Positions 40,141-51,524 of a stretch of 64,000 nucleotides of DNA are shown here, one piece after another (the stretch's first letter is position 1; each line of letters opens with the position of its first letter). The notes beneath the pieces were generated by a model that was given only the letters and a program-made list of their open reading frames with translations, was not told where the DNA came from and searched no databases. Source of the stretch: Octopus vulgaris (lineage: Eukaryota); assembly GCA_951406725.2 (NCBI GenBank), contig OX597829.1, positions 7,068,001 through 7,132,000 of the forward strand, read 5' to 3'. The position numbers and the translations under genes were made by a program.

Positions 40141-43039
40141 TATATTCTCGTACCGTCTATTTTCCAAATGACATTGTGTATTGTTTTTCTGCGATAACAT
40201 CGTATCTAATATGCAGGTAGTACTTTGAAATATTTGCGCAGCTGTGATGTCTTTCACAGAAATGACATAATTCTCCAATTTTGTTTAGATCTTGGATCTC
40301 CAAGGGGTACACTGTCCCTTCTGTTGGGTATCTCGTAGCAATTTCCTGATCTTGGATTGTAAGTGCATAATCGCCGAAGTGTGATGTGATGTACAAAAGA
40401 GGCCATACTTCCTGTCAACATTAATGTCTTTTTCAAGTCTTCGATAAACAAAGCTGGCAAAGTCTTTCTTTTTCTTTCTTTTTTTTTTTTTTTTTGCTTA
40501 ACGTTGCACATCCATATTTCCTCTATATGGTTGTTTTGGAATTGCATAGGAGGTCATCATAAAGAGGATTCTTGCTGAGGATCACACTGCTGACATATAA
40601 GATGTTCTTTTGATATTCAATACTAAATGTATGTATTTATTTTGCTGCTGGTGTTTAGTGGGTGCTGTATGACAGAGACCCTATGATATTCAAACATGGT
40701 TTGTACTGATATGAAACCCAACTTCCTTCATCTCTTCCTAGGTAGAACCTGTTGATGTACTGTTTCTGCTCAAGTTTCCACTGGATATCAGGGTCTTACG
40801 GGTTTCAAAGTTTTAGAATGAATTTCCCCTACAGACCAGTCAAGTATACCAAATGTTGGGATCAGCACTGGTACTGCTAATGCATTGTGGGATATTGTTT
40901 TGTTGTAAAAGGAGAGTTATGGCTGCCATAATCTTCTAAATCTGGTATAATGCTATCAAGTCGTTGTAACTTTATCCTCAATATGTTTTCACCAGTTCTT
41001 AGTTATTTGTAGCATTCTTTGTATCGGACAGAACAAGACTTGATGTAGAGGTTTTAGATCTGGGGACCTGATTTTCCACGTTCAACAATCAAATAAGAAC
41101 ATTTTTATAGACAAATTCCATTCTTATGTCAGGTGAAAATGCTGTTATTAACTCCAGCTGATCTTGGTTATTGTTAACATTTTAGACATAAATCTTCAGG
41201 TCATCCATGAATAAATATTAATATCTCTAGCGGTTGCATGTAGTCATTTCCAAGCATGTATGTATGTATGTAAGTATGTATGTATGTATGTATGTATGTA
41301 TGTATGTATGTATGTATGTATGTATGTATGTATGTATGTATGTATGATGGCATGCATGTATGTATGTATGTATGTATGTATGATGGCATGCATGAATGGG
41401 TGAGTGTGTGTGTATGTATATGTGTGTATGTATATATGTAAGTATGTATGTATGTGTGTATGTATGTTTGTTTGTGTATGTATGTATCTATGTGTGTATA
41501 TGTGTGTGTATATGTATGAATGTATGTATCTCTTTTTGTAAATGTCTACTACGTTGTATATTTCTTACGATTGCTCACTAAAATATAACACAACTCATTA
41601 GTCGCATTTAAGCATTCCGATTACCAGAGGCCGATAAAATAAATACTTTAGTAATTAAATGCTGGGGGTATTACCTAATCTGTTATCTTTCTTTGAAGCA
41701 GTGCTACAGTATGGTCACTGACTTAAACTAATAACACGTAAAGAGAAGATTAAAAATGAATAAAGAACACGAGTGATGACCTGTAAAGTTACATTCAAAA
41801 GCTGCAAGGAGACAATAGGAGGAAGGTAACAGAGAATGTGTTCTGCATAAAAGTTTGACGTTTCTAAGTTTATTTCGAGAAAATTTCAAGATGGTAAAAA
41901 GCAAAGATGAAATGATTTTAGAATTGTACCATCATCTGCATTAAAAGTAACAGTATTATTTGTTTGAAGTAACCGGAGGAAACGTAATAATATTAATAGT
42001 AATGACGTCTGATTGTATATCTTCCATTTTTATATGTCGTAGGCTAACGCAATTGGTCAAGTTAGCAAACACGTTTGTAAAATCCGATTGTTCATCATCA
42101 TCATCATCATTAATAATCGGTAAGGGCAGCACTGACGGTCGTCAGTATACGGCATCATTTTTTTCTTCTTCTTTATATATTTGTACCATGGCTAGTTGCT
42201 TTACGAAAACAATATATTTTGTCATTCTCTATTATAAAGCAAGCAAAGACAAAATACTTTTGTGCAATACACTCTAAAGGATTGTGTGAAAGCATTCAGT
42301 TATTGGTGAAGAAAAACATCGCTGTGGCGGAAAATGAGAAGCGGATTGCTTTTAGAGATGGATAGGAATTCTTCATTTACTAAACTATTCCGTGATATTT
42401 GAGGTTAGAAAAACAAAGCAAAAACGAGATTACTGTCTCCTAGCTTTGATATGGGAAATATATATGGCAAGTTCAGAGAAGACGTAAATGGCTGAATAAT
42501 ATTAATAAGAATAATAACAAATTTACTATGCAAGGAAAAGCTAAGCTCGAAATAGGTATACCGTTTAAAGAAGTGTACAAGAAAAACAACGAGTGCTTTT
42601 ATGATAGTGCTGGGCACGTTATATGATATAAACACACACACACACACGCACACACATAGACACACATACACATATATACATATTATGCGCATACACATAC
42701 ACACACACACACACATGTATATATAAATGTATATTATGCACATGCATATACACACATATGTATGTATAAATTATGTGCGTGTCTGTGTATATATATATAT
42801 ACACACACATAATATATACAAATATGCATATATATGCGTGAGTGTCTATGTATATATACATATAATATGTACGCTTATGGATGGATGCACATATATAGAT
42901 ATAGAGGAATATTAACACATACAAACACGCTCGCGCGTGCGCGCACGCGCAGCCATAGAAGAAAATGAATGAGAGACTGACGCTTTGCTCTGTAGCATAT
43001 ATATATAAATATAAAACTTGGTTATTAGTATTGCTACGC

Positions 43040-43040
43040 C

Positions 43041-43107
<67 letters not shown>

Positions 43108-43124
43108 ATAGTAGTAGTAGTAGT

Positions 43125-43162
<38 letters not shown>

Positions 43163-43420
43163 TAGTAGTAGTTTCGTAGTAGTAGTAGTAGTAGAAGTAG
43201 CAGTAGTAGTAGCGGTGATGGTGGTGGTGGTAGTGGTGGTGGTGGTGGTGGTGGTGGTGGTGATGGTGGTGTTTGTGGTGGTGATGGTAGTAGTAGTAGT
43301 AGTAGTAGTAGCGGTGATGGTGGTGGTGGTAGTAGTGTTGCTGGTGGTGGTGGTGGTGGTGGTGCTTGTGGTGATGGTAGTAGTAGTAGTAGTAGCAGCA
43401 GCAGCAGCAGCTGTAGTAGT
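43040..43420. repeat. (TAG)/(CAG)/(GGT) compound microsatellite
   Basis: Direct observation. AGCGGTGATG recurs at a ~99-bp period. Confidence 0.95.
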
Positions 43421-43617
43421 AATCCTTTCTATTATAGGCATCAGGCCTTGCTTAGTCGATTACACCAACCTCAGTGCTCAGCGGGTACTTTATCGATCCT
43501 GAAAGGATGAAAGGCAAGGTCGACCTCGGCGGAATTTAAACTCAGAACGCAGCGGCGGGCGAAATACCACAAAGCATTTCGCCCGGCGTGCTAACGATTC
43601 TGCCAGCTCGCCGCCTT
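43421..43617 (-). mobile_element. SINE family A, tail type 2
   Basis: Minus strand AAGGCGGCGAGCTGGCAGAATCGTTAGC...AGAAAGGATT. Confidence 0.88.
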
Positions 43618-43619
43618 AT

Positions 43620-43693
<74 letters not shown>

Positions 43694-43703
43694 CATAATA
43701 ATG

Positions 43704-43779
<76 letters not shown>

Positions 43780-43848
43780 TAATAGTAGTAATAGTAATAA
43801 TAATAATATTAATAATAGTAATAATAAAAATAAAAATAAAAATAAAGA

Positions 43849-43926
<78 letters not shown>

Positions 43927-44183
43927 TAATAATAATCACAATAATAATAATAATAATAATGATAATAACAAGAAGAAGAAGAAGAAGGAGAAGTAGAAGA
44001 AGAAGAAGAAGAAGAAGAAGAAGAAGAAGAAGGACGAGGAGGACGAGGAGGAGGACGAGAAGAAGGAGGAGAAGAAGAAGAAGAACAAGAACAAGAAGAA
44101 GAAGAAGAAGAAGAACAAGAAGAAGAAGAAGAAGAAGAAGAAGAAGAAGAAGAAGAAGAAGAAGAAGAAGAAGAAGAAGAAGG
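43620..44183. repeat. (AAT)n-(GAA)n compound microsatellite
   Basis: Direct observation. Confidence 0.97.
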
Positions 44184-44590
44184 TAAGAGCAATACTGAAG
44201 ACAGAGCTGAATGCAAGAAACAGGATCGAAGGGATCAATACTTTAGCCATACCAGTCGTGACTTACAGTTTCAATATCATTGGTCACTGGTCAATTACTG
44301 AAATACGTAATCTTGACAGCAAAATACGAAAACAGTTGACAAAGCATAGAGCGCACCACCCTAAGACAGATACAGAATGGCTTTACCTGCCAAGAAAAGA
44401 GGGAGGCCGTGGACTTTTACAACTGGAGTTCACAATGAAGATTGCCAGAATTGGCCTAGACACCTACCTGAAAAACTCTGTCTTAAAGCATGAAAACAAG
44501 AAAACATCATACTCAGTAACAAAACAAGCAGAGGAATATTTATGTGAATTCCAAATACAACAAATTCCAGAATTAGACGTACATACAAGA
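44183..44590 (+). mobile_element. R4/Dong fragment (post-RT region)
   Basis: VRAILKTELNARNRIEGINTLAIPVVTYSF...HHPKTDTEWLYLPRKEGGRGL is homologous to 54065-54300. Confidence 0.88.
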
Positions 44591-45244
44591 AGTAAACACA
44601 GAGTATGCAAATCGAAGTGGAAACTGAAGTCTGTTTAGTGTGAATGCAGTATTTGCATCACTTAGGCTAAGTTTAATTGTGGGAATTAGAACTGTGCGAT
44701 CTCTGTTGGAGCCTGTTACCAATTATGCCTAGACACAATGTTCATAAAGTCCTTGCACTTTCATGCGAGTTTCATTACATAATCCTTTACTGATCGAAAG
44801 ATTTCTTAGCAACCCCTATTTTTAAGTTGAGGCGATGGGGAGGCATACTGGACGGAGTGAGTGAGTTTATGAATTCAAATGGATAGTTCTGAACCTCTTC
44901 TTCATTATTTGCAGGACACTGAATCTGTGTTTAAGTACGTTCTAAATGCCTCTGGTATGATATTAAGAACTTTTTCATTTATAGTAAGACAGTCAGAATT
45001 TTTAGGAGATAAAATTACTCGTTTTTCCACTTCTTCTGGCATGCAGTTGTTGATAATTTCTGGGTACAAATGTACAAATTGAAGTGCAAAAGATAGAAAT
45101 AATAAATGGATTTATGAATGAAAGTTTAGTAATTGCGTTTATTTCCACCACGCATCACTTATTATTGCAAACACGTTTTAACTAACCTAAACTATATACA
45201 CACACACACACACAAATACATTCATATATATATGTCTCAAGTTT

Positions 45245-45340
45245 AGCTGTAATTCAAAGGAGCCAGCCTTGTCATATTCTGTGAGACAACGTTAATGTAA
45301 GGCATATCTGTGGAGTACTCGGCCACTTGCGAGTTAATTT
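45245..45340 (+). mobile_element. SINE family D body fragment
   Basis: CATATCTGTGGAGTACTCGGCCACTTGCGAGTTAATTT resembles the reverse complement of 2836-2875. Confidence 0.55.
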
Positions 45341-45413
45341 TATCCTTGTGTGGTAATGAAAAGTAAAATTGACATCCAATATTTGTTGTGTGTATGTATC
45401 TATATGAACTTTT

Positions 45414-45562
45414 ACGTTTTGAGTTCAAATTCCGTCGAGGTCGACTTTGCTTTACATCCTTTCGGGGTTGATAAATTAAGTAACAGCTGCGTACTAGGGT
45501 TGATCTAATCGACTGCCCCCCTCCTCAAAAATTTGGGGCCTTGTGCCTGGAGTAGAAAAGTT
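45414..45562 (+). mobile_element. 5'-truncated SINE family A, tail type 2, with ~11-bp TSD
   Basis: TATGAACTTTT at 45403-45413 and 45569-45579. Confidence 0.8.
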
Positions 45563-45784
45563 TATATCTATGAACTTTTCTTTGGATTTATGTATCTACT
45601 GTCTCTCTCACTGTCTCTCTTTCTCTTTCACTTCCTGTATGTCCCTCTTCTCTCCCGCTTTTGATTTAACAATGTGTATATGTATCGATGTATCTACTTG
45701 CGATGTGATAAAAATCTAAAAACACAAAACGAACACCGTCACCAATCCTTGTCTCTTTCAACCTCTCTCTTCCTTTCTCACTTT

Positions 45785-45831
<47 letters not shown>

Positions 45832-46029
45832 TTCTTTCTCACTTACGTCCTCTCTGAAAACACAAAACGAACGCCGTCACCAATCAGTTTCTTTCTCTCT
45901 CACTCTCTCTCTGTCTGTCTTACTTCCTCTTTGTCCTCCTTTCTCTCGCTTTGCTACTCCTTTGAAGTAAGTCAGACGCACAGAACAGGTACGTGCAAAA
46001 ACAGAAAATTAGCGTATTAATATTATTGA

Positions 46030-46330
46030 TAATATGGAGACCTGAGAATTATGATCGCTAAGATGTGACAGTTGCGAGAATCAAACATAACGTTGTTACT
46101 GTTGTCATTGGGCCATTGGTTTCAATACCAACCAACTTGAAGAAACATCTGGAAACTTTAGAAATAACCTACAATCTAGGAGTATAGCAAAAACGGCTTT
46201 ACTTGGAACTACACTCATACTGCGTAACGTGGTGCTTTTCTGAGAACCTTGAGACTTGTCAGAGAGTACAAACAATATTTTCAATCTACTACAACACAAA
46301 ATTGGATACTATGCGACGTCTTCAACAACA
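46030..46330 (+). mobile_element. R4/Dong RLE C-terminal fragment
   Basis: VVIGPLVSIPTNLKKHLETL...KTALLGTTLILRNV, followed by a (CAA)/(TAA) tract. Confidence 0.7.
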
Positions 46331-46445
46331 ACAAGAAAAACAACAACAACAATTATAATAATAATAATAGTATTTTGATAGTATTCCCCACACGAGGGGA
46401 ATACTATCGCTAGCACCATGAACAAGATAGCACCAATATTCATAT

Positions 46446-46476
<31 letters not shown>

Positions 46477-46963
46477 ACACAATTCAGAATATATGGCAGA
46501 TAGTGTTACAGATCCAGACAAAACAGGATTCATAAGAACCGAAGCCTTCCCCTTTGGAAGAGGAATATTCCAGGGCGGCACACTCTCTCCACTCCTTTTC
46601 TACTTGGCACTGACACCTTTATTTGACATGCTAAACAGAAATGGATGTGGAAACAACTGTTGAGGCAAAACAAGCAGCCATCTCTTGCATATGGATGATC
46701 TAAAACTGTGCGCTACAAAAGGTAAACAGCTGGAAACATTACCATAAAGAGTACATGGATTTACCAAAGAAATAAATATAAAATTTGACTTAGAAAAATG
46801 TGCCAAAACAATCTTGTAAAGAGGAAAACTCGTTAAGAGTAGCAACATTACCCTAGACCAGTGGTTTTCAACCAGGGTTCCACCAGTACAGTCCAGGGGT
46901 TCCGCAAGAAGTTACATAAATGCTAAACTCGACAGTAATTTTTAATTCTCCTGTGCAGATATG

Positions 46964-47150
46964 TGTGTACATGTTAGGCCTGTGTGTGCATCTACGAGTT
47001 GCACGCCAGCGTAGATGACCCTGATCCTTGGTGTGTACATGTAGGCCTACGACGTGTACAACTACGAGTTACTCACCAGCGTAGATGACCCTGATCCTTC
47101 GTGCGTACATGTACATGTGCATCTACGAGTTGCATGCCAGCTTAGATGAT
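46964..47150 (+). repeat. ~68-bp tandem repeat (about 2.7 copies) in the hAT left end
   Basis: TGTACATGT..CTACGAGTT..CCAGCGTAGATGACCCTGATCCTT repeated. Confidence 0.88.
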
Positions 47151-47645
47151 GGTTTAGTTTTCTTTTGCAAAATACGAGTAACTATATTTGGAAGAAACAT
47201 TTTGACTGCGTAAGCCATTTAGGTGTTGTTAATCCGCCTCTTAAAAGATCTTTAGCTTTTTTAAAAGGCGTTTTTGTAAAAATATTTTCTTGTATGACGT
47301 CTATTAATATTTGGTCAAATTTTAAGATTAAAAAATTCGAAAGAGAGTTGAATTACATATGTAGAAAGAAATAAGAGATAGGGAAACTGATAGTAAATTA
47401 TAAGATATGTAAATATGCATAAATATTAATTCCTTACAAATTTCTAACAAATACACGACATTTTAAATTCAAATCCGAAAATCTATTTTATTATTATATG
47501 CATATTTAAATGTAATCAAATACCTAGTACTAAAAAAGACATTAATAAAAAATCATTAAACTCGCAACACTTTAAAGATCATTTTGTCCTGCCACTATTA
47601 GGTTTGCTTTTATATATATACAATTCTGTTTACAGCCTTACAAGT

Positions 47646-49520
47646 ATGGATAGATTTCAGAAAAAACGTAAGTTAGATACAGATGAAGAGAGGCAGGGTC
47701 TGAGACAGTCAGTTGAAGCTGCAGCCACGGCCAGTGATGCTGCCTCATCGAAATTACCAAGAAATGATGGAATTAACCTGCAACTAAAAGTTCGTCAATA
47801 TTGTGAAAACTACATAGCTCTGAGATTTACTTGGACTGGAAAACCAGACTACCCTTCACCTTTGTGTACTGTTTGTGGGGAGAAGCTGGCTAATAGTGCT
47901 ATGGCACCAGCCAAACTGAAATGACACTTAACGACTAAACATCCAGAGTTGTCAGGCAAAAAAGAACAATATTTTAAAAGAGAATTGACATTTAATAAAA
48001 GGGAAGTTTCTATGTTTGCCAAAAAGTTCAAGTTGAGTGACAAAGGGCAAGAAGCAAGTTATGCAGTGGCGGAGATAGTTGTAAGAAAAATGAAATCTCA
48101 TACCATCGCTGAAACTGTAATTTTACCTGCATGCCGGGAAATAGTGAGGGTAATGTTTGGAGAGGATGCTGTATCAGAGCTAAATAAAATTCCTTTTTCT
48201 GACAACACAATACGTAGGCGCATTCAAGACATATCAGGAGACATTGAGTGCAATATTAAGTCAAAAATACATGTTGATGAGAGTACAGACATCACTGGTA
48301 AAGCACAGCTCCTTGTAATTGTTCGTTTTATTAATGATGAAGCTATTGTAGAAGACGTCCTGTGTTGCAAAGAGTTGCCAGAAACAAGAAAAGGACAAGA
48401 TGCATTTGATGTTTTGAATTTATATTTAGAGTATTGTGAATAGAACTGGAAAAACTGTGTTGGTATTTGTACAGATGGTGCCCCTGCAATGACAGGATGT
48501 GTTAAAGGCTTTGTCCCAATCGCACAAAAGCAAAATCCAAATATTATCCATACTCATTGTTTCATTCATAGAGAAGCACTAGTTGCTAAAACTCTTGGAC
48601 CTGATCTAAAATCTGCATTGGATATGTTAGTGAAAATAGTTAATTACATCAAGATGAGGCCACTTAAATGTCGACAGTTTGCGAAACTTTGTGTGGGTAT
48701 GGAAGCAGGCCATTCCACCTTAATCCAGCACACAAAAATATGATGGTTGTCAAGGGGAAAAGTATTGTCTGGTTTTTGCGAATTAAGAGAAGAGTTATTG
48801 ACCTTTTGTTTTCAAGAAAACCTGAAAGACTTTGTAGAATGTTTGAATGATGACCATTGGTGTTCCAAGTTAGCATATCTTGCCGATATATTTCATGAGC
48901 TAAACCTCTTGAAAAATGGCATGCAGGGCAGGAACGAAAATTTCTTGTCTTCTACTGACAAAAAATATGCTTTTCAGAAGAATTTGACAATATGGAAGAA
49001 ACGCATAGCTGCAGGAAATTTGGAAATATTTCCAAGTGTTTTTAAAAGGAATTGTCAAGAAAGTGCGCTACTGATTTTTAATCATTTGCACACTTTGTTA
49101 ACAAATCTTGACAAATATTTTCCATCGATATCTGTTGATCCAGTCATACGACTGGATTAGAAACCCATTTGTGGAATTTGAGCCATTTGAAAAACAGTTC
49201 AATTTAACAGAAGAAGGAGAACTTGCCAGTGTTTTAAATGACAGAACATTAAAGTAGAAGCATTCTGAGCTTAACCTGAATGCATTTTGGTTGCTGGTTG
49301 AAAAGGAATATCCTGCAATTGCCCAGGAAGTGCTGCAACTTCTTGTGCAGTTTTGAGCCTCCTACTTGTGTGAATTTGGATTTTCAGCCCTGAAAACCAA
49401 CAAGCACAAGACGCGAGCACAATTGCTGTCTGTGGCAGATAGACTTCATGTGTGTCTATCAAAAACACGACCCAATCTTAAAGAGTTGTGCAAGAAACAC
49501 CAGGCTCAATAATCTCATTG
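47646..49520 (+). pseudogene. hAT transposase (ZBED5/SCAND3-like family), several stops and frameshifts
   Basis: BED-like PLCTVCGEKLANSAMAPAKLK*HL..KH; VDESTDI; CTDGAPAM; HCFIHREAL; WLSRG; YLCEFGFS. Confidence 0.92.
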
Positions 49521-50182
49521 CGTTTTTGATGAGAATAAATGTAATCTATTCAAACTAAGTTTTTTTAATACATGTTTTAATAATAATTGTAGATGCAAGA
49601 ATAAAATTGTATATGTACATGACAATATTTTTACCCTTTGTGTTTTTTATTGTAAATAAATCTGAACATGAGTATTTTCATTTCATTAATTAAATGCTGT
49701 TTTTTGCATAAGACAATTAAATTATTGCACAGGGGTTCCTCGAGCCAGTGGAATGTCTCCTTGGGGTTCCACTCAAGCAAAAAGGTTGAAAAGCACTGCC
49801 CTAGACGAAGCAAAAGAAATAAGAGAATTAGACCTAATCCAGAGATACAAAAACTTAGGAATCAGTGAATTAGATACGATACAACATATTCTACCTAGCT
49901 ATCTAGCTCAGATACCTGGAAACATTGAAATGGCAGAAATCCAAAAGATAGTGCTTATGGTAACAGCCCATATCCTGAGTAAAATACTATGTAATCTCAA
50001 ATTTTAAAACAAACATAATTTTCTTATGTTTTCTTAAACATTCCCAAGAACAAAACTATGTGCAAAACCAAATATACGACATCCTATGCATAACAGCAAC
50101 AGAAACTTCTAACTTGTCTCTTGAGGTCTCTGGGTGAGACTTAGAGCCAAATAGTACAAATGCAAAGCAAAAGTCAAACATA

Positions 50183-50266
<84 letters not shown>

Positions 50267-50290
50267 TAATAATAATAATAATAATAATAA

Positions 50291-50359
<69 letters not shown>

Positions 50360-50375
50360 CAGCAGCAAGCAGCAG
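50183..50375. repeat. (TAA)n-(TAG)n microsatellite
   Basis: Direct observation. Confidence 0.97.
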
Positions 50376-50377
50376 CT

Positions 50378-51142
50378 CCCCAATATGTCGCGTATCTCAA
50401 CAACAAAAGACCATTGATCATGTTGTCTCCATGTGCAGTTTTCTTGCGCCTACAGAGTATCTCAACAGGCATGATAGAGCAGCACAATATATTCACTGGG
50501 TAATCTGCAAAAGCCTGGACTTGCCCCATGATAAAAACTGGTGGGAACACAAACCACCTCCAATGCTTGAAAATGACCACATCTCATTCCTCTGGAACTT
50601 CACCATTCAAACTGACAGAAAGATAGATGCCAATAGGCCAGACATCATAGTAAAAGACTTCAGACAAAAACATGCCTCCTCATTGATATGACTGTCCCAA
50701 TCAATATAAACGTATCTGTCAAGACCTACCAAAAACTGAGTAAGTATAAAGATCTTGAAATAGAAATTGGCAAAATGTGGAACCCGAAAATTAAAGCAAT
50801 ACCTGTTGTCATAGATGCTGTAGGAATGATAGCAAAAGGGGCTGATTGCTACCTGGCAAAGAAATATCTAAGGCATACCAGGAAACCCCAAAATGGCAGA
50901 GATTCAAAAGATAGTGCTCATGGGAACTGTCCATATCCTATGTAAAATACTGTCTATGTAATCTCAAATTGTAAAACAAACTCATAAGTTTCTTATGGTT
51001 CCTTAAACAACATTCTCTAGAACATTTGTAAAACCAAATATATGGCACCCTAAGCATAGCACCGACATGAAATTCTAACTTGAAGTTTCTGGGTGAGACT
51101 TGGAACCGAATTGTACAAATGCAAAGCAAAAGTCAAACATAA
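50378..51142 (+). mobile_element. 5'-truncated R4/Dong copy (CCHC + RLE + 3' UTR)
   Basis: CRV..TIDHVVSMC..EYLNRHDRAAQYIHW..NRPDIIVKD; KLSKYKDLEIEI. The 3' UTR is similar to 49990-50183 and ends at (TAA)n. Confidence 0.9.
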
Positions 51143-51275
<133 letters not shown>

Positions 51276-51524
51276 GAACTCTGGCATTGAAGACAGTCAG
51301 CCAGCCAACCACCAAGCCAGCCAACGAGACAGACAGACACTACTGTGATGGTGATAATGATAAAAAAACAAAAATAACAATAATAAGATACTGCTGTGAC
51401 TACACATAAAACAATATCATTGATGATGACGGTGGTGATGGTGATGGTGATGATGATAATGATGATGGTAATGGTGGTGATAATGATGATAGTGATGGTA
51501 ATGGTGATGATAATAACAATAATA

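Larger units (their letters stand above)
38390..41240 (-). mobile_element. R4-like RLE non-LTR retrotransposon 3' part, degenerate, split by a mariner
   Basis: NKTISHNALAVPVLIPTFGILDW (~40830-40910); INRFYLGRDEG; ITSHFGDYALTIQDQEIATRY; YYLHIRYDVIA (RHD-like). After the mariner: YWWTILIKTSGKCKHNR..VVWG, YGELLRNLQFLY, LQIQSVSGTPKI. Confidence 0.75.
46859..49798 (+). mobile_element. hAT transposon, Buster/Charlie type, 2940 bp
   Basis: TIR CAGTGGTTTTCAACC / GGTTGAAAAGCACTG (14/15). 8-bp TSD CCCTAGAC at 46851-46858 and 49799-49806, fitting the nnnTAnnn Buster consensus. GGGTTCC subterminal motifs at both ends. Confidence 0.96.
46372..50183 (+). mobile_element. Truncated, deleted R4/Dong copy interrupted by the hAT element
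   Basis: FDSIPH; RGIFQGGTLSPLLF; HLLHMDDLKL; FDLEKCAK..SSNITLD | hAT | LDEAKEIRELD..YKNLGI..EIQKIVLMVTAHILSKIL. The 3' UTR ends at (TAA)n. Confidence 0.88.

Noticed and set aside
46964-47150. Repeat-spacer-like pattern suggesting a CRISPR array
   Set aside because: It is a degenerate tandem repeat inside a hAT end in a eukaryotic context, with no unique spacers or cas genes.
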